Notes: generated from the sequence alone by a model not told the origin. Numbered from the stretch's first letter, positions 8,737-18,434 are shown. The stretch is DNA of 64,000 nucleotides from Alphaproteobacteria bacterium (GCA_024402765.1 JAKSTC010000003.1:16112-80111), one strand, 5' to 3'. Numbers and translations: made by a program.

Positions 8737-9069
8737 ATGAAAAACAAAGCTGTTAAAATTGGAATTATTGCATCTGTGTTACCACACCTGTTTTGTTGTG
8801 TGTTGCCGATTGTGTTATCTGTGGTCGGTTTGGTTGCACCTGAATTCGCACACAGTGGGAACTTTATCCCAGAATGGATTGAACCATGGTTGTTTGTGTT
8901 TTCTGCATTGATGTTGGGACTATCTTGGATTTTGGTCGTTCGTGAATGCAGATGCGGTTGTGAACATTGTCATGGGCACGATAATCACAAGGTACAAAAA
9001 ATTATTTTGGTGGTTGTAACGATATTATTTGTCATCAGTATTATTTTACACCTGATATCACACCATTAA
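8737..9069 (+). CDS. Small Cys/His-rich membrane protein, MerT/MerC-like metal transporter (tentative)
   Basis: 110 aa from ATG 8737. TM1 carries a vicinal CC (LPHLFCCVLPIV) as in MerT. A loop reads CRCGCEHCHGHDNH. 3-4 TM segments. No merR, merP or merA nearby. Confidence 0.4.
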   Translation: MKNKAVKIGIIASVLPHLFCCVLPIVLSVVGLVAPEFAHSGNFIPEWIEPWLFVFSALMLGLSWILVVRECRCGCEHCHGHDNHKVQKIILVVVTILFVISIILHLISHH

Positions 9070-9153
9070 TTTTTTTTTATTTTTTGTAAAAAAATGTTTG
9101 CATGGCATTTGAAAATATGATATTATTGTTCCATAGGAAATGGAGATTATATC

Positions 9154-11535
9154 ATGAAGAGATTATTCGTTGTTGTTGGTTCTTTGCTGGTTTTGCCCGC
9201 ATTTGCAGAGGTTGCACCGCAAATAATTTACGCTGATGGTGTTGAATATATTGACGATGCTTTTGCCGTTAATGATGCACCGGTGATGGCCCCGGAACAA
9301 ATTCAACAACCAGAAATTAATCAAGATGTGCAAAATGAACAAAATGTTGCACCGAAACAGGATACTTCTTCTGTTCGGGCGCGTGCGCGTTCAGCTGTGC
9401 CGTCTCGGACTGCTTCATCTCGTTTAACTGCAACACGGTCAGGTAATGCAAACACATCTTTGCGTTCTGGTGTTAATAGACGTTCAGTTGCTACGCGTGG
9501 TTCTGTTACAGGTAATACAAACACCAGCCCCAGAACGGTTGCGCGTGCTTCTGTTGTGGCACCAAATGTGGTTTCTGGGACAAATGTCCAAACATTGTCT
9601 GAGCCTACAAGCAATACGAAAACATCTGTGTTGGGTGGCGGAACAACATTATATAACGGCAATTCTCGTGTGGCGGTATCAGGTGCACGTGTAAGTTCAC
9701 GTAACTCTGGTTTGTCGTTTAGTGCATCTAATTCGACAGCAACTTCTGCACAGCCAACAACCGAAGATATGGATAAATTAGCAGAGGTAACAGATTATTA
9801 CAAGGCACAATATGCATTGTGTATGGATAATTATTGTAACGTCTTGGATGATAACCAGGGTCGTTGTTCATGCTCTGCGAATTTGTCTAATTATTCCAAA
9901 ACCGAAGAAGCATTGACAGAGGCAACAGAGGCCCTGCAAGAAATTGCCCAGCAAATTCAATACATCGGTTTATCTACCGAAGATGTTGAAACATTATTCA
10001 AACAGACAGATGCAGAACTTGCGTTGTCTAACCCAGATAATAAAGACAATAGCAATATTCAAAGCAGTTTGGATAAAATTAAACGTATGATAGTAGAGGT
10101 TAAAACCGGCAAGGCCGCATCATCCAGTGCTGCAACCACCGCAGGTATATCAATGGACTTGTCTGGGTTACTTGATTTCTCATTCGATAATACAGGCTTT
10201 GATTTATCATCGTTATTAACAACAACACGCACAACCGCAAATACAAATAGTATTTCAAATCAACGTGGTGCAAATCTGTATAAAACAGCGGCTGCACGTT
10301 GCAAGGCGTCGGTTTTGAATTCTGCCGCGGCCCAGGGGGTGGATATTTCTGTTATATCAAATTCGTATGATTTGGAAATAGACAAGGCATGTTTTGCATA
10401 CGAACGTGCGTTAACAGATGCAAATGCTAACATGAACGCGACTGTGCGTAATGCAAAATCCGTCCTGCAAAAGGCACGTTTGATGGTTGCGCAAAATAAA
10501 AACGTATATGATCTGCGTGGCTGTGTAGAGGCTTTGGATTCCTGTATGCAATCTGACTTTATTTGTGGTACAGATTACGAAGGATGTTTAGATCCAACTG
10601 GTCAATACATTGTTGATGGCGAAGTTGTTATCGGGTCCCAACCTGGTAGACTTGAGCTTGACAATGCAAAAGGATTGTATGCAACAACATGGGGTGACAC
10701 TTCCACAGGTAACAACCCATGGAAATGTACTGCAACTGCAACTGACGGCTGTAAGGATGCGACGTTACAGAATTTTATTACAAAATCAGTACCATCAACA
10801 GGTACATATCCGGAGGCAACGGATAATAATATAGCAAAATATTTGCGCTATCGCATAGGGTATCATCACAATGATGAGAGTCGTAATTATGGTATGTGTA
10901 TATCTGTGTTGAACCAGTGCCAAAATTATACGTATGAAAAAGGTACTGAGGACTTCAAAGTGGACAACAGAGTTGTAAGCGAATATCTGACACGTACACT
11001 GCCACGTATCAAGACGGCCCAGGACGAATTGTTGGCAGAATATGCAGAAAGTTGCATCAGTGATGTTGAAACATGTTTGTCTAACAATGGTTATAATACT
11101 ACAGCGAGTACATTTGATTTTTCAAAATATAACGCTGTTAAAACAGCATACGAAAATGCGTTGAAAAAAATTGCGACAGATAAAATAGTAGGTAATACGG
11201 CGTTAGGTGATGCGTTAGCTGAGGCGGAGACAGCAGCAGCAGCAGCGGGGTATTCTGCTAACTTTAGACAAGTTGTGAAAAACTTAGCTATTAGACTTGC
11301 AGCACAAGAAAAAACCAAAGACGAAGCAATCGCAACGTTAGACAATTATCTGGATGCTGAGAAAATGACAGTATCAAATGATGGTTCTACAACTACGAAC
11401 ACTATTGCTATGAATGCATGCAAGATGGTTATTACAACTTGCAGATCGGTTAATTCGAATCCAACCGACGAGTTTACTGAAGCATCTTGGGTTCAGTCCG
11501 TTATGAATGGCTTAGCAGGAACAAAAACAGAATAA
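9154..11535 (+). CDS. Large secreted Cys-rich protein of unknown function
   Basis: 793 aa. Signal peptide MKRLFVVVGSLLVLPAFA-EV. An acidic/Gln tract is followed by a basic Ser/Thr/Arg/Asn low-complexity tract (aa ~70-200), then a helical region with many Cys (CMDNYCNVLDDNQGRCSC). A GGAGA-type RBS lies upstream. Confidence 0.8.
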   Translation: MKRLFVVVGSLLVLPAFAEVAPQIIYADGVEYIDDAFAVNDAPVMAPEQIQQPEINQDVQNEQNVAPKQDTSSVRARARSAVPSRTASSRLTATRSGNANTSLRSGVNRRSVATRGSVTGNTNTSPRTVARASVVAPNVVSGTNVQTLSEPTSNTKTSVLGGGTTLYNGNSRVAVSGARVSSRNSGLSFSASNSTATSAQPTTEDMDKLAEVTDYYKAQYALCMDNYCNVLDDNQGRCSCSANLSNYSKTEEALTEATEALQEIAQQIQYIGLSTEDVETLFKQTDAELALSNPDNKDNSNIQSSLDKIKRMIVEVKTGKAASSSAATTAGISMDLSGLLDFSFDNTGFDLSSLLTTTRTTANTNSISNQRGANLYKTAAARCKASVLNSAAAQGVDISVISNSYDLEIDKACFAYERALTDANANMNATVRNAKSVLQKARLMVAQNKNVYDLRGCVEALDSCMQSDFICGTDYEGCLDPTGQYIVDGEVVIGSQPGRLELDNAKGLYATTWGDTSTGNNPWKCTATATDGCKDATLQNFITKSVPSTGTYPEATDNNIAKYLRYRIGYHHNDESRNYGMCISVLNQCQNYTYEKGTEDFKVDNRVVSEYLTRTLPRIKTAQDELLAEYAESCISDVETCLSNNGYNTTASTFDFSKYNAVKTAYENALKKIATDKIVGNTALGDALAEAETAAAAAGYSANFRQVVKNLAIRLAAQEKTKDEAIATLDNYLDAEKMTVSNDGSTTTNTIAMNACKMVITTCRSVNSNPTDEFTEASWVQSVMNGLAGTKTE

Positions 11536-11538
11536 AAA

Positions 11539-11561
11539 ATGCCCAGTTGGGCATTTTTTTT
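11539..11561 (+). terminator. Rho-independent terminator after the 793-aa gene
   Basis: ATGCCC-AGTT-GGGCAT followed by T8. Confidence 0.75.
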
Positions 11562-11573
11562 ATAAAAATATTT

Positions 11574-11600
11574 GCCGGGAAATCTGGCATTTTTTTATTT
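11574..11600 (+). terminator. Second, weaker tandem terminator-like hairpin
   Basis: GCCGG-GAAAT-CTGGC (one G-U pair) followed by ATTTTTTTATTTTTTTT. Confidence 0.4.
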
Positions 11601-11636
11601 TTTTTGAAAAATTTTCATTTTATGAATTTTTTTCTC

Positions 11637-11666
11637 TTGACCCCCGATTCGTTTTTGTTCTAAGAT
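11637..11666 (+). promoter_or_regulatory. Promoter candidate for the 110-aa gene
   Basis: TTGACC, 18-nt spacer, TAAGAT. This would give a 5' UTR of ~165 nt. Confidence 0.3.
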
Positions 11667-11834
11667 GTTTGTATAGACAAGGAGAAAAATTTTTATTTGC
11701 CGGATTTCTGCGAAAAACGCGTATTTCTGGGCAAAAAAGAATTAACAAATTGGATTTTATGATGTTTTTGTAAATACCAATGTAAATACAAAAATAGCGT
11801 AAAATCCTTACAAACACACCGAAAGGGGGGAAAA

Positions 11835-12167
11835 ATGCAACAAAATATAAAAGACATTATGATTGCACTCGACCAAATCTTGACAACAACCGTTTGGGTG
11901 AATCAGGATAGGCAAATCGTTTCACTCAGTGACGAACTGCATATCGGAAATAACAACGCGCCGCGTTCTATCGAAGATTTGCCACGTTCATCATTGGTTG
12001 GTGCATATGTTTCATTGCAAATCAGAACAGATAATTTTGATGTTGCTGCTGAAACATTGGAAACACGCGATTTGGCGTTGCGTGTCAAAGAAATGGTATT
12101 TTCTGAGGCGAAAAAGATACTTGATGCCGGCATCACAGCCAAAGACAAAACAGTTATGGCGGCATAA
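11835..12167 (+). CDS. Hypothetical protein (110 aa)
   Basis: ORF preceded by AAAGGGGGG 5 nt upstream and followed by a strong terminator. No motif recognised. Confidence 0.6.
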   Translation: MQQNIKDIMIALDQILTTTVWVNQDRQIVSLSDELHIGNNNAPRSIEDLPRSSLVGAYVSLQIRTDNFDVAAETLETRDLALRVKEMVFSEAKKILDAGITAKDKTVMAA

Positions 12168-12201
12168 TTACAGTTTCCAGTAATCTGGAAGGAAGGGAGC
12201 C

Positions 12202-12234
12202 CCGTTGGTAAAGCAATTTACCAACGGTTTTTTT
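12202..12234. terminator. Terminator shared by convergent genes
   Basis: 11-bp stem CCGTTGGTAAA/TTTACCAACGG with a GCAA loop, followed by T7 on the plus strand. Confidence 0.8.
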
Positions 12235-12829
12235 ATTTCCTTAAACCGGTTTTTCTATCTATCCAAACCTGTTCATCTGAAATTTCCATTATGGGCGTAT
12301 CAGATTTACTATCGGAATAAGAACGCACAACATGTGGAACATATTTGTTTTTTGCCGCCCACCTATCCAACGCAATAACCTTATTCTTGCCATAACATAG
12401 GAACTTATATTTCCATGGGCGTTCACTTTCTGTTTCTGATGTTAATATTGCATCAAATTTCATATCAGAAACCAATGGTTTTATTAAGTGTTCTGGGCTT
12501 GCCGAAATTAATACAACAATGTTGCCGGCCTTTTTTTCTTTTTCTACCTGATCGGCTGCCCAACCAAAGCGATTGGTTTTGTGCCATTTTACAAAACCAG
12601 GTACCAAATCATGCACCATCTTTTTTGTGATAAAACGACGCATGCCCTGGCGCCACCAGATGCCATCAGGGGAAATCTTGCGAAACAGACTAAAAAATCC
12701 AACGATGGGCAAATAAAACCATGTTAACGGGCGATGCCGAAAACACCAGCGTCCAAATTCAAAGTTGGAATCAGATGCAGATAGTGTTCCATCAAAATCA
12801 AATACAACAACATTTACTTTTTTTTGCAT
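12233..12829 (-). CDS. HAD-superfamily (subfamily IB-like) hydrolase
   Basis: VVFDFDGTLS motif I and a YSDSKSDTPIM motif IV-like sequence. ATG 12829 is preceded by AAAGGA and avoids overlap with rmuC. Confidence 0.7.
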   Translation of the reverse strand: MQKKVNVVVFDFDGTLSASDSNFEFGRWCFRHRPLTWFYLPIVGFFSLFRKISPDGIWWRQGMRRFITKKMVHDLVPGFVKWHKTNRFGWAADQVEKEKKAGNIVVLISASPEHLIKPLVSDMKFDAILTSETESERPWKYKFLCYGKNKVIALDRWAAKNKYVPHVVRSYSDSKSDTPIMEISDEQVWIDRKTGLRK

Positions 12830-12839
12830 AGTTTTTCCT

Positions 12840-13712
12840 TTATTCAAAGTCCATATCGCGAATTTTTTCTGCGCGTGGTGTGATTTTGCCAATTGATGTT
12901 TGAATTTGTTCTATATCCGATACCGTTTGCCCAAAATGCCGGTTCAGGTTTTCCGTCCTGTCCGCCAGGCGCCCCAGGTCGGTTAACAATGCATCCAATT
13001 CTTTCTTTATTTGACCCGCAACGCGTTTTATTTTTATGTCTGACAATACCGCACGTACAGTATTTAATGTTGCCCACAGGGTCGATGGCGATACAATAAA
13101 CACCTTTTTACGCGCACCGTATTCCACCACAGACGGAAAATCACGATGTATTGTTTCAAATATAGATTCAGACGCAATAAACATCATCGCAGATTCAGCT
13201 GTTACGCCGGCGATAACATATTTTTCCGCAATCGCATCAATGTGCGCCCTGACATCCAGTTCAAATTGCTTTCTGATGCCTGCATCGTTATTGTTTTGTT
13301 TCATACGGTTAAATGATTCTAATGGAAATTTAGAATCTATAACCATGTCCCCCGGTGGATACGGCAGGCGAATAACACAATCAGGTCGAACACCCGTTTC
13401 CAAAACACATTGGAACGCATAAGATTCAGGTGGCATAATGTCGGAAACCAAATCTTCGAGTTGTCGTTCGCCGAATGAACCGCGCGCCTGTTTATTACCC
13501 ATTAAAATATCCTTAAAATTCGCGATGTCCGCACTGATTGTACGTAATTCGTTCGCGTTTTGGGTTAATGTACCCAACCTGTTTGCCAATACTTCGCGTA
13601 ATTTTGTGTTTTCTTCGCGCAGACCCGACATATCAATTGTTGGACGGCGCAATAATAAACACACCAATAAAACAATAATAATGCCCAGCAGTATAAAAAT
13701 ATAAGTTGTCAT
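12840..13712 (-). CDS. rmuC: DNA recombination protein RmuC (short form)
   Basis: N-terminal TM segment, coiled coil, and an RmuC-like core (KKVFIVSPSTLWATLNTVRAV). 290 aa. Confidence 0.75.
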   Translation of the reverse strand: MTTYIFILLGIIIVLLVCLLLRRPTIDMSGLREENTKLREVLANRLGTLTQNANELRTISADIANFKDILMGNKQARGSFGERQLEDLVSDIMPPESYAFQCVLETGVRPDCVIRLPYPPGDMVIDSKFPLESFNRMKQNNNDAGIRKQFELDVRAHIDAIAEKYVIAGVTAESAMMFIASESIFETIHRDFPSVVEYGARKKVFIVSPSTLWATLNTVRAVLSDIKIKRVAGQIKKELDALLTDLGRLADRTENLNRHFGQTVSDIEQIQTSIGKITPRAEKIRDMDFE

Positions 13713-13757
13713 TCCAGATTCCTTTGCTACAATTTATATTATAAAAGGGTAAATGCA

Positions 13758-14258
13758 ATGTTGCAAATGAAACTTTGTGGTGATTTGGTGTTGCGGTCCA
13801 AATGTGACGCGGTGGACACTATTGATTCCGAACTATTGAAAACCATGGATGAAATGGTCGCTATGATGCATGGGCAAAGTGGCGTTGGTTTGGCGGCACC
13901 CCAGGTTGGCATTTTAAAACGTTTTCTGGTTATGATGGATCCTGAATCAAATCAGGTGTTTCGCATGATAAACCCTGAAATTTTGTCGCACAGTGATAAA
14001 ACTTGCACGATGGAAGAAGGTTGTCTGTCTGTATTGGGACCTGATAATTTACCAGTATTTGCAAATGTTACGCGCCCTGAATCTGTAACTGTGAAATGGA
14101 CTGATGAACAGGGGCGTGAATGTAGGGCGGATATGTCGGGTGTTCCGGCACGCATTGTTCAACATGAAACAGATCATTTGGATGGGAAATTATTTATTGA
14201 CTATTTACCACCTGTGCGCCGCGAAATGGTAATGCGTAAGGTGCGGAGAAAAAAATGA
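13758..14258 (+). CDS. def: Peptide deformylase
   Basis: GVGLAAPQVG, EGCLSV and HETDHLDG motifs. Confidence 0.95.
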   Translation: MLQMKLCGDLVLRSKCDAVDTIDSELLKTMDEMVAMMHGQSGVGLAAPQVGILKRFLVMMDPESNQVFRMINPEILSHSDKTCTMEEGCLSVLGPDNLPVFANVTRPESVTVKWTDEQGRECRADMSGVPARIVQHETDHLDGKLFIDYLPPVRREMVMRKVRRKK

Positions 14259-15067
14259 AACGCAATCTAATTTTAATGGGAACAAATGATTTTGTTGTTC
14301 CTGTATTTGATGCACTTAGCAATTCGCACAATGTTTTGGCGGTTTATACGCGCGCACCAAAGCCGGTTGGTCGTAAACAGATTATGACAAAGTCGCCTGT
14401 GCATATCTGGGCGGAAAGTAAAAATATTCCTGTGCATACTTCTATTAAGGAATTTGAAAATACTGGTGCAGAATATATTGTTGTGATGTCTTATGGTGTG
14501 ATGCTGAAACAAGATGTTTTAGATTCTGCCAAATGTATAAACATTCACCCCAGTTCGTTGCCGAAATATCGTGGGCCGTCACCAATACGCAGTGCGATTC
14601 TTAATGGTGATGATAATATGGATGTGTGTTTAATGGAGATGGTTTTGGATATGGATGCGGGTGATGTATTATTGCGGAAAAATATCAAAATTGATGAAAA
14701 CGACACAAATGAAATGGTTGAAAAAAAAGCATCATTCGCCGCAATTGATGTGTTGGATGAATATTTTGCAAATCCTGATAAATATACACCAATGCCCCAG
14801 GTTGGAACCCCAACAATAACGCGTAAATTTACAGGTGATGATGAAATTATTAATTGGAATGATGACGCAAAAAAGATACACAATCTGGTGCGTGCTTTGG
14901 GGGCAGGGCGGACAAAGATAAATGGCATAGATGTCAAAATACTTGAAACAAAAATCAAAGACGGCAAACTGGAGATTGTAAAAATTCAACCCGCTGGCAA
15001 AAAACCAATGGATTGGAAAAGTTTTGTAAATGGCCTGCGTGGTGCAGAAATAGAATTCGGAAAATAA
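14255..15067 (+). CDS. fmt: Methionyl-tRNA formyltransferase (short, 270 aa)
   Basis: INIHPSSLPKYRGPSPI motif. Overlaps the def stop by 4 nt. Confidence 0.9.
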   Translation: MKRNLILMGTNDFVVPVFDALSNSHNVLAVYTRAPKPVGRKQIMTKSPVHIWAESKNIPVHTSIKEFENTGAEYIVVMSYGVMLKQDVLDSAKCINIHPSSLPKYRGPSPIRSAILNGDDNMDVCLMEMVLDMDAGDVLLRKNIKIDENDTNEMVEKKASFAAIDVLDEYFANPDKYTPMPQVGTPTITRKFTGDDEIINWNDDAKKIHNLVRALGAGRTKINGIDVKILETKIKDGKLEIVKIQPAGKKPMDWKSFVNGLRGAEIEFGK

Positions 15068-15070
15068 TAT

Positions 15071-15814
15071 ATGACACGATATAAAATTATTCTTGAATAC
15101 GATGGAACAAATTTAATTGGGTGGCAGGAAAACACCCAGGGTGATTCTGTTCAATCTGTATTAAAGGATGCAATTTATAATTTTTGTAATGAACGCCCTG
15201 ATGTTGTTGGTGCGGGGCGCACAGACGCAGGTGTTCATGCAATCGCAATGTGTGCGCATTTTGATTTAGAAAAAGAAACAGATGCAAATACTGTTATGCG
15301 TGCACTGAATTTTTATCTGAACGACAAACCTGTATCTGTCATTGATTGTGAAATTGTTGATGATGATTTTAATGCGCGTTTTTCTTGTGTTGCGCGTCAT
15401 TATAAATATGTTGTTTTGAATCGTTCTGCTAAACCCGTATTAAACAACAATCGTGTTTGGTGGGTTCCGCGCAGATTAGATGTTGTTGCGATGGAAAAGG
15501 CGGGTCAAAAATTAATTGGTAATCATGATTTTACTTCTTTCCGTTCAACCGAATGTCAGGCAAAGTCGCCAGTTAAAACACTTGATTCGTGCGTTATAAA
15601 ACAAAACGGTGATGAAATAATTTTTGAATTTTCTGCGCGTTCTTTTCTGCATCACCAGGTTCGAAATATGGTTGGTACATTGGTTGAAATTGGTTTGGGA
15701 AAACCATATGATATTGATGAAATTTTTAATGCAAAAAATCGCAGTGCCGCCGGTCCAACCGCGCCATCGTCGGGTTTGTTTTTTGTTAGTGCGTCTTATC
15801 CCAATAACGATTAA
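15071..15814 (+). CDS. truA: tRNA pseudouridine(38-40) synthase
   Basis: GAGRTDAGVHA catalytic motif; RSFLHHQVRNMVG. Confidence 0.93.
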   Translation: MTRYKIILEYDGTNLIGWQENTQGDSVQSVLKDAIYNFCNERPDVVGAGRTDAGVHAIAMCAHFDLEKETDANTVMRALNFYLNDKPVSVIDCEIVDDDFNARFSCVARHYKYVVLNRSAKPVLNNNRVWWVPRRLDVVAMEKAGQKLIGNHDFTSFRSTECQAKSPVKTLDSCVIKQNGDEIIFEFSARSFLHHQVRNMVGTLVEIGLGKPYDIDEIFNAKNRSAAGPTAPSSGLFFVSASYPNND

Positions 15815-17744
15815 TTGGCGTATATTTTATTCGTCCTGATTTATATATAACAAATCCATTTTTAAGAATTTTGTGTGCGCAAGTTTTGGAATCTATATCA
15901 AAATAAGACGCAATATAATCAATGTTTTTGTCAGCACATAACGCGGGTAGATTTTTCTGAAGCGGAACAAACTTTTGAATATAAGCAATAGTAAATTTAT
16001 CAGATTTATAAATACATACGCCCTGGTCACATTTATGACGAATATTTTTATCTGATGGTTCTTCGCCATTTAGTTTACGGAAAGTATTAAATGCAAAATA
16101 ATGATTTGATGCGCGTGCTTTATTAAATTCCAATTTCCCATCATAAACCATGCCAATTAATTCATGATCGGGGGTTATATAAAATACTGGTTTGGGTGTG
16201 CATAAAATAATAACGATTCCAATACAGATAAATATACCTGATAATACATAATTAATTTTTCGTTGTATCCATTTTTGTGCATTGTTATCTGGGGTAATAA
16301 ATATTAATAAAAACAGCCCCAGTGTAATAATAGTTAATGCCAACCATGAAATATGCGGAATAGTTATGGTTGCATATGGCAAATTCGCAATATGTGAAGC
16401 AACATTTAGCATCCAGTTATAAAGCGTTTCACACAATGTTAATACAAAATGTCCATTAAACAATGCACATATTGTTCCAATCGCAACAAGTGGCATAATC
16501 ACAATAGAAAATATCGGAACAAAAATCAGATTACCAATCAATGTGTATATCGGTATAGAATTAAAATGTGCCATTATAAAAGGCGCAGTAAATATAGTCG
16601 CAACAATAGTTGTCATAAGTGCCGTTTTTATGTTGTTAAGAAATTTATTCTTTGGTTCGCTGGCGATAAAAACATTTGTTGGATCTTTGCCAAAATACCA
16701 TGTGATTCCAAAAATGGCCGCGAAAGATAATTGAAAACCTGGCTGCAAAATATAGTGCGGATTAATTAAAAACATTATTAAAAATGCAATACATACATTA
16801 CGCAGTGATAGGACACTTCTGCCGAATAGTATTGCAGCAAAAACCAAAGTCGTCATTAAAAATGCGCGCAGTGTTGCAATTCCAAATCCAGATATCCCCA
16901 GGTAAAATAATAACCCCACCCATGCACATATTGTTGCAGGAATTCGTGCCGGTATGCGTCGCGTGATATATCCAATACTGCGGAATACAAAATAAAAGAT
17001 CAAGAATAACCATCCGCCAACCAATGTCATGTGGAAACCACTAATTGACCAAACATGTGCAATACCGATGTTTGTCCATGTTTGTTTTGTGTTTGGGTCT
17101 AATGCGTTTTTATACCCCAGATACAGGGCGTCTGTTAAAAAAGATTTTGCATGATTATGAATAAATGTGCGTGTTGTATTTGTGTTTATATCATTTGATT
17201 TATTTATGATTTGATAATCGCTGATAAAACCTGTGGCACTTAAGTTATTAAAATATGCCCACCGTGCATAATCGAATGTGTCGGGGGCCTCTGATCCGGA
17301 TGGTGGGAACAGGCCCGCACTTATACGCAATGTATTGCCAATGTTTATAGGTTCGCCAGATTCAGGAAGTGTAACGCGAACATTAATTGGTTTGTCGTCA
17401 ATATTTATTTGTAAAATTGCGCGTGTTTTGTCCGAAGAAAAGTCCAGATTTTTTACATACGCATTTGTTGTGAAATCACGCAGGGGATAGTTAATGCTTG
17501 GTTTGTTTAATAAATGTGTAAAACATGCGCTGTATAAAAATCCAAACAAAAATACACCAATTGCACGCAGACCGATATTCATTTCCTTAAATAGCAAAAT
17601 TATCGCCATCGTGATTACTGTAATTAATGGGTGGGTGATATCTGGCTCAAACGGAAGAATAAAATACAATGCGCCACCCAGCGCCACAATTACGGTGGCC
17701 CACAAAAACATGTTTGTCTTTTGCTTTTCTAAAAACTGTTTCAT
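15786..17744 (-). CDS. comEC: ComEC/Rec2-family DNA internalisation channel protein
   Basis: Competence-domain signature (IAHVWSISGFHMTLVGGW) in a polytopic membrane protein. ATG 17744 avoids overlap with the upstream gene. No HxHxDH motif in the C-terminal part. Confidence 0.8.
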   Translation of the reverse strand: MKQFLEKQKTNMFLWATVIVALGGALYFILPFEPDITHPLITVITMAIILLFKEMNIGLRAIGVFLFGFLYSACFTHLLNKPSINYPLRDFTTNAYVKNLDFSSDKTRAILQINIDDKPINVRVTLPESGEPINIGNTLRISAGLFPPSGSEAPDTFDYARWAYFNNLSATGFISDYQIINKSNDINTNTTRTFIHNHAKSFLTDALYLGYKNALDPNTKQTWTNIGIAHVWSISGFHMTLVGGWLFLIFYFVFRSIGYITRRIPARIPATICAWVGLLFYLGISGFGIATLRAFLMTTLVFAAILFGRSVLSLRNVCIAFLIMFLINPHYILQPGFQLSFAAIFGITWYFGKDPTNVFIASEPKNKFLNNIKTALMTTIVATIFTAPFIMAHFNSIPIYTLIGNLIFVPIFSIVIMPLVAIGTICALFNGHFVLTLCETLYNWMLNVASHIANLPYATITIPHISWLALTIITLGLFLLIFITPDNNAQKWIQRKINYVLSGIFICIGIVIILCTPKPVFYITPDHELIGMVYDGKLEFNKARASNHYFAFNTFRKLNGEEPSDKNIRHKCDQGVCIYKSDKFTIAYIQKFVPLQKNLPALCADKNIDYIASYFDIDSKTCAHKILKNGFVIYKSGRIKYTPINRYWDKTH

Positions 17745-17784
17745 AAATAAAGTATAGGAATTTATGCGGGCGTTTATCAACCCT

Positions 17785-18102
17785 TTATTTCGCACCAAAA
17801 ACAAATTCAGGATTTGTGGTTAGTTTTATTAATGTGTCCACATCATCATCGGCTGCACTGTGTTGCCGTTTTGTTTTTCCGCATATTGTGCATTTGTGTG
17901 TTATGATAAAACCGTCACCACTTGGTTCGGCGGAAATTGGTTCCATCATACCACCGCAATTCGCGCCCCTATCGCCGGGGTTGTTGTCAACGTGTCGTGA
18001 CCATAAACATTTTGGACAATGGTTTGTATAGCCATTACCATGAACAACTGCGCCACAGTGGGCGCAGTTAAAATCTTCAATATTTTTTGTAAAAGACTTC
18101 AT
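17785..18102 (-). CDS. RNHCP-domain zinc-ribbon protein
   Basis: CAHCG...YTNHCPKCLWSRHVD...CGGMMEP...HKCTICG, the RNHCP domain pattern. Confidence 0.8.
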   Translation of the reverse strand: MKSFTKNIEDFNCAHCGAVVHGNGYTNHCPKCLWSRHVDNNPGDRGANCGGMMEPISAEPSGDGFIITHKCTICGKTKRQHSAADDDVDTLIKLTTNPEFVFGAK

Positions 18103-18105
18103 AAA

Positions 18106-18354
18106 TTAAATACCCAATGCATTACGATACATTTGTGTTAATTCGTCTGCTTCGTCCAGTTCATCAGGGTCCAATTTGCGCAAACGTATCATTTGGCGAA
18201 TATATTTTGGGTCGAAACCTGCGGATTTAGCCTCACTATAAATCTCTTTAATATCAGCGGCGATTGCGGCAGTTTCTTCATTTAATTTTTCGATTCTTTC
18301 GATAATGCTGACCAATTGTTCGTTATCAATTGCACCATGGTTTGCGTTTTTCAT
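18106..18354 (-). CDS. gapR: GapR/DUF2312 nucleoid-associated protein
   Basis: LVSIIERIEKLNEE...IKEIYSEAKSAGFDPKYIRQMIRLRK closely parallels Caulobacter GapR. ATG 18354 is preceded by AAGGGGA. Confidence 0.88.
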   Translation of the reverse strand: MKNANHGAIDNEQLVSIIERIEKLNEETAAIAADIKEIYSEAKSAGFDPKYIRQMIRLRKLDPDELDEADELTQMYRNALGI

Positions 18355-18434
18355 ATTTGTTTTCCCCTTGTTTATTTTACGATAATATGATATACCATAA
18401 TTTGAAAAAATCAAGAAGAGAGAGAATATAAAAA

